From contig OZ240241.1 of NCBI GenBank assembly GCA_965198115.1, forward strand, positions 480,001-544,000: a DNA stretch of 64,000 nt. The letters run 5' to 3'. The notes below the pieces were generated by a model. The model was not told the origin of the DNA and did not search any database. It was given only the letters and a program-made list of their open reading frames with translations. The DNA is from Candidatus Latescibacterota bacterium (GTDB lineage Bacteria; Latescibacterota; UBA2968). The position numbers and the translations under genes were made by a program. This document shows, piece by piece, positions 54,601 to 64,000 of this stretch (its first letter is position 1; every line of letters begins with the position of its first letter).

Positions 54601-55964
54601 TTACCTGTCGTAAATTTGCTGCGGCCAGTCGACGATGTCGGTTTCCTGCTTGAGCAGGACGGCCTTATGGGGCGGGACGTTGTTCATCAGAACGACACCC
54701 GCGCCGACCATGGCACCGGGACCGATAATCCGACCCGGCATCATCATCGCTCCCACGCCTGTTCTGGCGTAGTCACCGAATAACACGCCACTGAATCCTC
54801 TGGCAACTTTCCGTTGCCCGTTGACCTCGACCTCGATCGGGGCATCGTCGAATCGTAACGTTCCAGTTTGGGTACCGGCACCGATTTCGGCACCAAGGCC
54901 GAAGACGCCCGACAGTTGAATCTGATGCGTGACCCGTCCGCCGCTGCACATGGTGCCGCTGAATTCGCCCAAGTACGTGATGCGGCAGTCGTCGCCGACG
55001 AACCCGTTGATTTTGGCGTAGGGTCCGATGAGGCTGTGGCTTCCGATGACACTGTGGCGTGCGATGTGGGACCCTTCGGCGATGCGCGTGTGATCGCCGA
55101 TCCAGACCCCTCGATGTAGGCATCGCGCTCGATGACCGAGTGGTCGCCGACGCTGATCGGGCCCGATATCCTCGCGTCAGGATCGACGCGTGCGGACTCA
55201 GCGATACGGGACTCGGTCAGGTCACGCCCCGCTCGTTCCGCGACGACGTCGCCGACGGTATCGGGCTGCCAGGGATAATCGATGTCGTAGACGGGCGAGG
55301 GTGACCGAACGGCCGTCAGTGGGGTGCCGGCACGATGCAGGACCGGAATCGCCGAGTAAAGCTCCCTTCCGTGCGGTGGCGGGATGCCGAACTGGGCGTG
55401 CGGGACGTCGGGCACGTTCGCGACGCGGTCCACGGCCTCATTACGTAAGATGTAGATGCCGGATGCCGCGGTTCCCGTTCGTCCTCGCGGCTTCCATACA
55501 GCGTCGGTCAATCGACCGTCGGCATCGACGCTGACGCGAACGTGTTCGGAGATATTCTCGACCTCGGCCGTGGTTGCCACGCCACCACTCGATCGATCCA
55601 GATTGGCGATGAGTGCCGGCAGCACATCGTCGTCGAACCAGACATCGCCAGGCACGACGAGTACGTCGTCCTGGCCGATGAATCCGCGAGCGCACGTGAC
55701 CGCGTCGCCCGTTCCTGAGGGTTCCGGTTGATCGATGTAAGTGACGGTGCAGCCAAAACGATCCCCGCCATCGAAGTGGGACCGAATCGATCCACCCAGA
55801 TGGCCGACGACGATGCCGACGTCGGTCACGCCCGCCTCGACGAGACGCCTCAGGACGCGCTCCACGATCGGGCGGTTGCACAACGGGAACATCGCCTTGG
55901 CGTGGTAGTGGCTGAAGGGGTAGAATCGCTCGCCTTTTCCGGCTGCGAGGATGAGGGCTTTCAT
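54601..55964 (-). CDS. Bifunctional sugar-1-phosphate nucleotidyltransferase / hexapeptide acyltransferase (frameshift ~55105)
   Basis: MKALILAAGKGER, GTGDAV, left-handed beta-helix repeats split over two frames. Confidence 0.8.
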
Positions 55965-56356
55965 GAAGAACCGTTGTCCGTTGACCGTTATCCGTGGGCA
56001 CGGATTGGAACAGAGAAGATCGACGCGGAAACCAGGAAAAGTGGCCGCTCAAGATACCGGGGCCCGTTCAACGACGCAACGATTGCTTGGGTCACAGGGT
56101 CATTAGCGGGATTGTTTGCGGGATCGTGGGTAGGTCCCGCAGCACGTGTTCGGAGCAACGAGGTGATTCCCGGCTATCCGGAATCCGGGCCCTCGTATTC
56201 GCTATCTGTTGGTGGTTGTGGATCTTGCCAGCTGCCGACGTGCGATGGTTCGGGGGACCCCCGTCGATCGAACCGAACTTCAGTGTTATGAGTTGCTTAT
56301 GCGGACCCTCTGTCCTACGTTTTTGAGTTGATCGACCGAAACTTGAGCTTATCACT

Positions 56357-58543
56357 ATGGATCTTTCCGACAATCAGACGCGGACCGGCGTTATCGTTGT
56401 GCTGGCCGTCGTGCTTTGTACGCTCGCGACCGTCATTTCGCCCACGCGGCTTGCGGTCGCCGAGCGTCTCGACCCTCTCGCACGTGCTGCGCATATGATC
56501 TCGGAGAGGGACTACGTGTGGGCGCTGAAGGTCCTTCGCGATCTGCCCAGGGAGACGGCCGACCACGGTGCGATCGATTGGTGGGAGATGGACCGAGTGC
56601 GTCTACAGATGGGGCTCTGTCACCGGGCCCTGGGGCAGTACGACGAGGCCCTTCTGGCGTTCGATGCAGGTGGCGGAGGGTTCGGACCCCTCGTGGCGTA
56701 TATCGACTACTGGAAGGCCGACTGTCTGGAGAAGGCGGGCCAATCGGATTCCGCACTCACCTTGTTCGACCGCGCTGCGGCGACCAGCCGGGGCTGGTTG
56801 AGGGACGCTTCGATTCTGAGGTTGGCACAGAGCTACGATCGAGGCGAGGAAACGGTGATGGCGGCGGAGGTTTACGGACGGCTCATCGGGGACAGTCTCG
56901 AAGAACGACCCGCGCTGACGGGTCTGGCGAGGGCTCTGGATACGCGAGGGGACTCTGTCGCCGCCCGAAAGATTCGGTTGCAGTTGATCGAGGACTATGG
57001 TTGGTCCAGGCAGGCCCTCGATGCGCTGCGTGCTGTCAAGATCTTCTCGACCGATCGGGAGCGCTTCCACGCTGGAGTCGCGTACGCAATGCACGGGAAG
57101 TATCGGACGGCCACCCGGCTTCTTCGGCGCGTCATCGAATCGTCGGATGATCCGATCTGGCAGGGACGTGCTCAGTACGAGCTGGCAAAGGTCTACTACC
57201 AGAAGCGCGACTACCGGACGGCCAACCGTGCGTTCAAGGTTGCCTACCAGACGTATCGGGTACCGAAGGGTCTGCTCGAAGGAGCTCGCACGCTTGTTCG
57301 ACTCGGGAAAGATTTGGATGCCGCCCGCCAGTTCGAGGTGTTCGCGAACCAGTTTCCGTTGATCTCGGGCGCCGCCGAGGGTCTCTGGCAGGCTGCGATG
57401 GCGTATGAACGGCAACGCCATTTCAAGACCGCTCGGCGTGTGTTCGGCGAACTCGCAAATCGGTACCCGAAGAGCGACTACGCCGGACAGGCCCTCTGGC
57501 GCGCGGGGTTCATTCGATTCAAGAGGAAAGACTTCGAAGGGTCTGCTCGTGATTTTCTCAGACTTGCTCAGAGGACGGACGAAAATTACCTGATAGATCA
57601 AGGCCACTATTGGGCGGGCAAGTGTTACGCAGAACTGGGTCGCGAGGAAGAGGCCACTTACTGGATGGAGCGAGCGTCGGAGGGGTTCCCCTCCTCCTAC
57701 TATTCCAGTCGGGCGAGGGCGGTTCTCGGGTTGATGTCACCGGTCTACCCGCCGGCGCCGGACGTGGAGCGCAAGGCTATCGCCTACGAGCCGTCGCCGG
57801 AAATGGTGCGCGGGGATCTGCTCGCTTCTCTCGGTCTATACAGGGAGGCCGAGCGGGAGTATCGGCAGGCCGAGCCCGACTACGTGACGAATCGGTATGC
57901 CTTGAATGATCTGTTGCACCGGTATGAACGGATTGGTTCGATGGATCGAGCCTTGCGGGTTTCGAACCACCTGCTCAACGCAGAGCGTTCTTCCGGACTG
58001 CCGGTGACGATGGCGGCGTTTCGACGTCTCTTCCCCACCTACTACTGGGGCGTTGTCCACCGCACGGCCGACGAGGTCAATGTCGACCCGAACCTGATTC
58101 TGGCGATCATGCGACAGGAGAGCGCGTTCAACGAGAGGGCGCGGTCCTCGGCTGGCGCGCGTGGGCTGATGCAGGTTATGCCGGCGACGGGGCGGAAGAT
58201 GGCGAGGAAGCTCCGGGACAGAGATTTCACGGTCGAGGATCTCTGGAAGCCGAACACGTCGATACGGCTCGGGGGCGAACATCTTTCCGACCATCTGCGG
58301 TTCTTCCGCGAGCAGAAAGACGAACGGAAACTCGGGCTGGCGCTGTCGGCCTACAACGCGGGTCTCGGCCGGGCCAGACGGTGGGATAAACGACTACCCA
58401 GCGACGACGTCGACGCCTTCGTCGAGAGCATTCCATTCAAAGAGACGCGCAACTACGTGAAGCTCGTGTATCGGAACTATCAGGTCTACACCTACCTTCA
58501 GAGCGAAACCGACGGTCTGCTATCAACGCCGGCGGTCAACTGA
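56357..58543 (+). CDS. Soluble lytic transglycosylase with TPR/BamD-like repeats
   Basis: AIMRQESAF, GARGLMQVMP.T, AYNAG, FVESIPFKETRNYVK. Confidence 0.93.
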   Translation: MDLSDNQTRTGVIVVLAVVLCTLATVISPTRLAVAERLDPLARAAHMISERDYVWALKVLRDLPRETADHGAIDWWEMDRVRLQMGLCHRALGQYDEALLAFDAGGGGFGPLVAYIDYWKADCLEKAGQSDSALTLFDRAAATSRGWLRDASILRLAQSYDRGEETVMAAEVYGRLIGDSLEERPALTGLARALDTRGDSVAARKIRLQLIEDYGWSRQALDALRAVKIFSTDRERFHAGVAYAMHGKYRTATRLLRRVIESSDDPIWQGRAQYELAKVYYQKRDYRTANRAFKVAYQTYRVPKGLLEGARTLVRLGKDLDAARQFEVFANQFPLISGAAEGLWQAAMAYERQRHFKTARRVFGELANRYPKSDYAGQALWRAGFIRFKRKDFEGSARDFLRLAQRTDENYLIDQGHYWAGKCYAELGREEEATYWMERASEGFPSSYYSSRARAVLGLMSPVYPPAPDVERKAIAYEPSPEMVRGDLLASLGLYREAEREYRQAEPDYVTNRYALNDLLHRYERIGSMDRALRVSNHLLNAERSSGLPVTMAAFRRLFPTYYWGVVHRTADEVNVDPNLILAIMRQESAFNERARSSAGARGLMQVMPATGRKMARKLRDRDFTVEDLWKPNTSIRLGGEHLSDHLRFFREQKDERKLGLALSAYNAGLGRARRWDKRLPSDDVDAFVESIPFKETRNYVKLVYRNYQVYTYLQSETDGLLSTPAVN

Positions 58544-58552
58544 GAAAAGCCC

Positions 58553-58750
58553 GTGCCCGAGAGAGAAAGTCGTCCGATCTGGATCGCGCTAGAAGATGGC
58601 TTCATCCTGCTGTCGGTCCTTGCGCTCTGGCCGCGCATCCTTGGCTGGCAGGGCGTGGTGTGGGAGACGATTCAGTATGTGGCGGTCGCCGGACTCATCT
58701 GGATCCTAGTGCGCCGAGTGGGGAGGTATAAACAGAAGCGGGGGGAGTGA
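58553..58750 (+). CDS. Small two-TM membrane protein
   Basis: 65 aa, two hydrophobic helices, basic tail, 9 bp after Slt, followed by a terminator. Confidence 0.7.
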   Translation: MPERESRPIWIALEDGFILLSVLALWPRILGWQGVVWETIQYVAVAGLIWILVRRVGRYKQKRGE

Positions 58751-58765
58751 GTGGGATGCGCGAGG

Positions 58766-58788
58766 CCCCGGCTGTTGCCGGGGTTTTT
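58766..58788 (+). terminator. Intrinsic terminator
   Basis: ccccggc-tgtt-gccgggg-ttttt. Confidence 0.8.
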
Positions 58789-59058
58789 GTGTACGGCATT
58801 GCGGTGGACGGTTGACCCTTCTCCGCGTTCGTCGCCTCGGGTCGGGCGGGCGGTGGATGATGGGGAAGGTGGGCGGTCGGCGGTCGGCCGTGGGCAGGGA
58901 CGACGGGCTTCGCCCGTGATTGGTTGGATATATTGAAAAAGTGGCCCCGGGGCCACTTTTTGGCTATTCGAACGTAAAGTGTTTATAAATAATACTTAAG
59001 GGCGTACAGTCTGTGTCGAGTTGGACCATCGTTAGCCGACTGCCCATAGCCGACCTGA

Positions 59059-59658
59059 CTATGCCTGGAGCGCCTCCAGAATCATTGGCCTGGCTTTGGC
59101 GAGAGCCTGGCCTCGATGGCTCAGCTGGTTTTTCTGTTCGGTTGGGAGTTCGGCGGAGGTGACGTCGCGACCGGGGATGTAGAACAAAGGGTCGTAGCCG
59201 AACCCGTGGTCGCCACGTGGGGCGTGGAGGATGCGGCCCTCCCACTTCGCGGTGACGGTGCATTCGTCGCCACCCGGGGAGACGAGGGCGAGCACACAGC
59301 GGAAGCGGGCGGTACGGGCATCGTCCTCGACATCCTTCAGGAGGTCGAGGAGTTTGGCGTTGTTTGCGGCGTCGGTGGCGGTGGGCCCTGCGAACCGCGC
59401 GGAGTGGATGCCGGGCGCTCCATCGAGTGCATCGACTTCGAGCCCGGAGTCGTCACCGAGCGTGATCTCGCCGGTGTGGTCGGCGATCGCTCGGGCTTTC
59501 TTGAGGGCGTTCGTCTCAAAGGTGTCGCCGTCTTCCACGACCTCCGGCGCGTCGGCATAGACGTCGAGCGACCACACCTCGACCTCGGATCCGAGCAGGG
59601 CCCGGATCTCCTTCAACTTTCCTGGATTGCGTGTGGCAACGACGAGCGGGCGAGACAT
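59059..59658 (-). CDS. rdgB: XTP/dITP diphosphatase
   Basis: ATRNPGK..E, DDSGLEVDAL.GAPG..SARF, GFGYDP, KN..SHRG. Confidence 0.96.
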   Translation of the reverse strand: MSRPLVVATRNPGKLKEIRALLGSEVEVWSLDVYADAPEVVEDGDTFETNALKKARAIADHTGEITLGDDSGLEVDALDGAPGIHSARFAGPTATDAANNAKLLDLLKDVEDDARTARFRCVLALVSPGGDECTVTAKWEGRILHAPRGDHGFGYDPLFYIPGRDVTSAELPTEQKNQLSHRGQALAKARPMILEALQA

Positions 59659-60380
59659 TACGTCTGAGGAGGGGCCGCTTCGACCTGGGCGGTCGTGATT
59701 TCGTCGATGCCCTTCTTCGCGAGGGCCAGCATGTCGTTCATCTGATCGGAGGTGAAAGGGTGCCCTTCCGCCGTCCCTTGAACTTCGACGAATTTACCCG
59801 AACCGGTCATGACGATGTTCATGTCGACCTCGGCCGTCGAGTCTTCTGCATAGCACAGATCGAGGTACGGTGTGCCGTCGACGATGCCCACGCTGATGGC
59901 GGCGATGGCGTCGAGCGTCGGATCGTCTTTGATGCTTCCCTTCTCTTTCAGCGTGGCGATGGCGTGTAACACCGCGACGTAGGCACCCGATATGGAGGCC
60001 GTCCGCGTGCCTCCGTCGGCGCTGATGACGTCACAGTCGATCCAGAATGTCCGTTCGCCCAGTTTTTTGAGGTCGAAGACACCGCGCAGGGCACGGCCGA
60101 TCAGTCGCTGAATCTCTTGGGTACGGCCCCGTGCTCCACGCGTCTCGCGCTGGGTCCGGGTGTGCGTGGACCGGGGCAGCATGGCATACTCGGCCGTGAT
60201 CCACCCCTGCTTCTTTCCGTGGAGAAAGGGCGGTACGCGTTCTTCGACGCTGGCCGTGCAGATGACGTGCGTATCCCCCATCTCGATCAGGGCCGAACCC
60301 TCGGCGTGTTTCATGTAACCTGTTGTGATCGTCAGGGGGCGGAGCTCGTCGGGTTTCCGCCCGTCGGCCCGTTCAGTCAT
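59658..60380 (-). CDS. rph: Ribonuclease PH
   Basis: [39 protein letters not shown]. Confidence 0.97.
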   Translation of the reverse strand: MTERADGRKPDELRPLTITTGYMKHAEGSALIEMGDTHVICTASVEERVPPFLHGKKQGWITAEYAMLPRSTHTRTQRETRGARGRTQEIQRLIGRALRGVFDLKKLGERTFWIDCDVISADGGTRTASISGAYVAVLHAIATLKEKGSIKDDPTLDAIAAISVGIVDGTPYLDLCYAEDSTAEVDMNIVMTGSGKFVEVQGTAEGHPFTSDQMNDMLALAKKGIDEITTAQVEAAPPQT

Positions 60381-60407
60381 GACATCGCTCCAGGATCGCG
60401 TCTTCCT

Positions 60408-61376
60408 TCAGATTTTCTCTTCTCGCAGAAAACGTTCTCGGTAGTCGGGGGCCTGAATGTGTATCAGGTGACACATCTCGATGAATCGGGAATAGATCCG
60501 TCCGTCCGCCAGGTCTTTGATCTGATCGGAAGACTGATTCGTTGTCACGAACGTCAATCGTTGCTCGCTGTATCGTGCGTCGATCAAGTTGTAGAGAATC
60601 TCCAGTACCCATTCCGTGTTCTTCTGAACGCCCAGATCGTCGATGACGAGAAAGGGTGCGCTGCTCAGCTCTTCCTGGATCTGGAAGCTCTGGCCGTGGA
60701 CGACGCTTTCTTCGTCGAAGCTCGCCCGCAGCTTTTGTAGAAAGTTCCGAGACAGGCTGATGAATTTACCCGGACGTCCCGTGTGAAAGATGAGCTCGTT
60801 GAGCGCGATGCACGCGAACATCGTTTTGCCCGTACCGGGCGGCCCTGACAGCAGGAGTCCCTTGGGTTGGGCTACGTCCTGGGCGGGCGCGGCGGCTGCA
60901 GGGCCCGCGGACAGGTTTGCTCGCGCGACGTATCCCAGACGTTCGACGATCGGCCGGAGGTAGTCCTTCAGTCGTTTGGCGGAAGGAATAGTCTTGCCGT
61001 CAATGGATTCCTCGAAGTCGGTCAAGAACCGGTATCGGAACCTGGCGGGGATCTCGGAATGATCGATGAGCTTTCGCACTCGAGCCGCCCGGTCGCGATA
61101 GGGTCGACACGGGCACCATCGGATGTCACCCGTCTTTGCGTCGAACACCTGGTAGGGTGGACGCTGCGGACATCCGGTCGTTTCGCACCAGGCGGTGACG
61201 CGGGGCGAGATTCGGATTTCGCCGTGCTGACCCGCCTCGATGCGTGGATCGTAGTAGTAGCCGGGATCTCCCTCGGGGAGTCCACCGCGTCTCGTTCCAG
61301 CGCCGTTCGTCGGGTCAGCGACCGGTGGATTCCAGCTGTCGTTCGTGTGTGAGTTTGAACTGGATGAGTCCGTCAT
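60408..61376 (-). CDS. DnaC/IstB-like AAA+ ATPase
   Basis: C-x4-C...CPC, IP.RF, GPPGTGKT, LVIDDLG, TTN, RIYSRF.EMC, DYR. Confidence 0.85.
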   Translation of the reverse strand: MTDSSSSNSHTNDSWNPPVADPTNGAGTRRGGLPEGDPGYYYDPRIEAGQHGEIRISPRVTAWCETTGCPQRPPYQVFDAKTGDIRWCPCRPYRDRAARVRKLIDHSEIPARFRYRFLTDFEESIDGKTIPSAKRLKDYLRPIVERLGYVARANLSAGPAAAAPAQDVAQPKGLLLSGPPGTGKTMFACIALNELIFHTGRPGKFISLSRNFLQKLRASFDEESVVHGQSFQIQEELSSAPFLVIDDLGVQKNTEWVLEILYNLIDARYSEQRLTFVTTNQSSDQIKDLADGRIYSRFIEMCHLIHIQAPDYRERFLREEKI

Positions 61377-62469
61377 AGATGGCCTTTGCCATTTCCTTTT
61401 TGTAGCGCGAAGACTTCATGCGTTTGGCCTCGGACGGGTTGGTGACAAATCCCATCTCGACGAGCACCGAAGGCATGGATCCCATTGTGCCACGCATCAC
61501 GTAGAAATTGGCCTGCTTCACCCCGCGGTCGTCCACGTTGGAGAAGGTTCTGGCCATCGACGCTCGAACACGCCCGGCCAGTTCCTGGCTTTCGATCAGG
61601 AACTGAGAAGTCAGGAGCGTGAGGCGAATGCCCGTGATCTGTTCGAGGTCGGCAGTCTCGCCGTTGTCCTCGAGTTCGACGACGGCATTCTCGCGTGCGG
61701 CGACGGCCGCGGCGGCTTCCGTTTTGGCTTCGGACAGAAAGTAGACCTCGAGACCGTCGGCCGCCCTCCGCTTGCTGGCGTTGCAGTGCAGGCTGATGAA
61801 CACGTCACCGTTCGCCTCTCGCGCGAGGCGGGCACGGCGCCCGAGGGAGAGGAATCGATCAGACCGTCTCGTCATCACAGCCGAAAGATCCGGATCCCGG
61901 CTGACGAGTCGCTCGAGCTCCCTGGCGACACCGAGGGTGATGTCTTTTTCCTCGAGTCCACGATGTCCGACGGCTCCCGGATCCTTCCCGCCGTGACCGG
62001 CATCGATGACGATCCGGTCGATGGAGAGGACCGCCTGCAGGGAATCGGCATCGGGAGTGGGCAAGGGCCCGTATTCGTTGGTCGATTGGCGTTCGGTTGA
62101 CGTGGCCGACGCCAGGCTGGCGAGCTCTGGGACGGCACGGCCCAGCACGCGCGTGATCGATCGGGGAACGCGCAGCTCGCCGGGCGCGGGCAAGACCGGG
62201 TGCGGCAGCCTGTAGGCGACCTCGTCGACGACCACGATGGGGGAGAAGATGGTGAAGATGATGCGACGATTGCGACCGAGTCGCAACTCGATCTTGTCCT
62301 TCAGGGGATGATGGATCTGACGAGCAGCAAGATGCTGCGCGAGCGCATCGAGGGTGATCGTTTCGACAGCGCGCAGCGGGAGGGGGAGGATCAGGATGAG
62401 AAGGGCGACCAGCGCGAACGCGTTCGGGGGGAGTCCGTCGCGTCGGGTCGCCGTGGCACGTGGGCTCAC
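61315..62469 (-). CDS. N-acetylmuramoyl-L-alanine amidase (Amidase_3)
   Basis: [40 protein letters not shown]. Confidence 0.93.
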   Translation of the reverse strand: MSPRATATRRDGLPPNAFALVALLILILPLPLRAVETITLDALAQHLAARQIHHPLKDKIELRLGRNRRIIFTIFSPIVVVDEVAYRLPHPVLPAPGELRVPRSITRVLGRAVPELASLASATSTERQSTNEYGPLPTPDADSLQAVLSIDRIVIDAGHGGKDPGAVGHRGLEEKDITLGVARELERLVSRDPDLSAVMTRRSDRFLSLGRRARLAREANGDVFISLHCNASKRRAADGLEVYFLSEAKTEAAAAVAARENAVVELEDNGETADLEQITGIRLTLLTSQFLIESQELAGRVRASMARTFSNVDDRGVKQANFYVMRGTMGSMPSVLVEMGFVTNPSEAKRMKSSRYKKEMAKAIYDGLIQFKLTHERQLESTGR

Positions 62470-62936
62470 GCTCTCCCCAGTGTCCTTTCCTTGAGGGCCT
62501 GTTCGACCTGACGGCGGGCGTCCCGTTCGGCGATGTCGCGTCGACGATCGTACTGTCGCTTGCCCCTGGCCAGTGCGAGTTCGACCTTCGCGCGTCCCCG
62601 TTTGAAATAGAGCTTGAGCGGAATGAGCGTCAACCCCTTCTCCTCGACACGACCCCGCAGACGATTGATCTCCGAACGGTTGAGGAGGAGCTTGCGTTTC
62701 CGTACGGGGTCGTGGTTGAACCGGTTGGCTTCGGTGTATTCGCTGATGTGCGCGTTGTGGAGGAACACTTCGCCGTTTTCGACGCGTGCATAGCTGTCGA
62801 CGAGGTTGGCCTTTCCCTGACGGAGCGACTTGACCTCCGTGCCCTGCAAAGCGATTCCCGCTTCGAAGGTGTCGAGCGTCTCGAAGTCGTGACGCGCCTT
62901 GCGGTTCTGCACGATGATTTTGATGCCGTCGGCCAC
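62466..62936 (-). CDS. smpB: SsrA-binding protein
   Basis: [33 protein letters not shown]. Confidence 0.98.
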   Translation of the reverse strand: MADGIKIIVQNRKARHDFETLDTFEAGIALQGTEVKSLRQGKANLVDSYARVENGEVFLHNAHISEYTEANRFNHDPVRKRKLLLNRSEINRLRGRVEEKGLTLIPLKLYFKRGRAKVELALARGKRQYDRRRDIAERDARRQVEQALKERTLGRA

Positions 62937-62943
62937 GCTGTTC

Positions 62944-63777
62944 TCACCCCGAGAGGATGTCCATGATGCGCTTTAGCGATTCCGCCTGGTCGGCTTCACC
63001 CATGGCCGTGTAGGTGCGGAAGAGATTGGCCGCTGTCCGTACCAGAATCTCCCTCGCACCCGCGACCGGAAGGAGTGACAGGTCTGTCGACTTTCCGAGA
63101 AGAGCGCAGCATTCATTGGCCGTCAGGATGCGACCTGCGTTGAACGGGTCGATGTAGAAATCCTGGTCTCCCGTGTATTTGAGGATGAAATGCATGGGCA
63201 TTCCGACGCCGACGACGGGCAGCTCCAGTCGCCGGCTGATGAGCAGGTAAACGACGGCCAGCGCGATCGGCAGACCGACCTTCCGGTCGATGACGCGGTT
63301 GATGTAGCTGTTGTCGGGGTCGGGGAAGCGGTCGTAGTCCTGCTGCCCGTGGTAGCCCTGTTCCTCGAACAGACACTGGTTCAGGGCGCGAACCACTCTC
63401 ACCGGGTGATCGTCGGGTGCCACGTTCGGTGCGAGATCCGAAGCGACGCCGTCGAGCTGTGCACAATAGGGTGCCGGGTCGAGGTCGGGGTATCCGAACC
63501 GTGCGAGAGCGAAGACACCAGCCTCGAGATCGACCGTCGTCGTGGGACCTTCCACGAGCACGCGCAGCCGATCCTCGACCGACGGGCTTCGTAGCGCGTG
63601 AAGCACACGGCTGACTTCGCGGTGAGCGGGATCGCTGTCGGTGATGTTGGCGAGCAGGTCGGCGACCCGCGCTTCCCCCATTTCGAGGAGCTTGTTTCGC
63701 ATGGTCGAAGCGATTTCGGGGTCCGTGTCGGTGAGCAACGACACAATAGCCTGAACGTCTCCGTGCGGAAGGGGCAT
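62944..63777 (-). CDS. SirB1 / transglutaminase-like protein
   Basis: [35 protein letters not shown]. Confidence 0.85.
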   Translation of the reverse strand: MPLPHGDVQAIVSLLTDTDPEIASTMRNKLLEMGEARVADLLANITDSDPAHREVSRVLHALRSPSVEDRLRVLVEGPTTTVDLEAGVFALARFGYPDLDPAPYCAQLDGVASDLAPNVAPDDHPVRVVRALNQCLFEEQGYHGQQDYDRFPDPDNSYINRVIDRKVGLPIALAVVYLLISRRLELPVVGVGMPMHFILKYTGDQDFYIDPFNAGRILTANECCALLGKSTDLSLLPVAGAREILVRTAANLFRTYTAMGEADQAESLKRIMDILSG

Positions 63778-64000
63778 CAGGCAGCCTGCCGTTTTCTCAG
63801 AGTGATCATGAGGACGGAGATGTCCGCCGGCGACACGCCCGGAATCCTGCTTGCCTGACCGAGCGACCGCGGCCTCACGCGTGCGAGTTTCTCTCCGGCT
63901 TCGTGCGACAGCTGGGGCACCCGGTCGTAGGCCAGATCGTCCGGGATGAGCTTCTTTTCCAGGTCTCGGAAACGGGCGACCTGCGCTCGCTGGCGGTCGA
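63777..64000 (-). CDS. mnmG: tRNA uridine modification enzyme MnmG/GidA, C-terminal end (partial)
   Basis: [34 protein letters not shown]. Confidence 0.92.
   Translation of the reverse strand, partial: DRQRAQVARFRDLEKKLIPDDLAYDRVPQLSHEAGEKLARVRPRSLGQASRIPGVSPADISVLMITLRKRQAA

Noticed and set aside
58966-58993. dif-like site (attatttataa-acact-ttacgttcgaat on the minus strand)
   Set aside because: 5-bp spacer and poor match to the XerC/XerD arms
60408-61376. IS21 element
   Set aside because: No istA, terminal repeats or TSD; embedded in a housekeeping operon

Overview
GC-rich bacterial chromosomal window. Gene content suggests an FCB-group candidate lineage such as Ca. Latescibacterota (inference from the DUF6785-like transporter, GWxTD protein, PorV-like barrel and propeller-SpoIIE sensor). 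Bases 1-46 kb are saturated with insertion sequences (3x ISL3, 2 IS256 types, 2 IS630 types, IS3, ISAzo13 and IS3 remnants, a MITE) and contain gene fragments around intact katG, a galactarate-dehydratase-like enolase, ackA-nagB-deacylase, uxuA, a GT39-TPR cluster and a TonB receptor / CTD-protein / PorV-like operon. Bases 46-64 kb are IS-free and carry envelope and housekeeping genes (DUF6785, GWxTD, gmd, Slt, rdgB-rph-DnaC-like-amidase-smpB-SirB1-mnmG). Top leads: (1) the TBDR + T9SS-type-CTD surface protein + dedicated PorV triad with no SusD; (2) a small GIY-YIG nuclease flanked by CGTC-tagged REP hairpins, three of whose four copies carry different nested hairpin inserts; (3) a stand-alone DnaC/IstB-like ATPase inside a housekeeping operon. 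Some single-base frameshifts may be sequencing errors. All calls are by eye from motifs; no searches were run.
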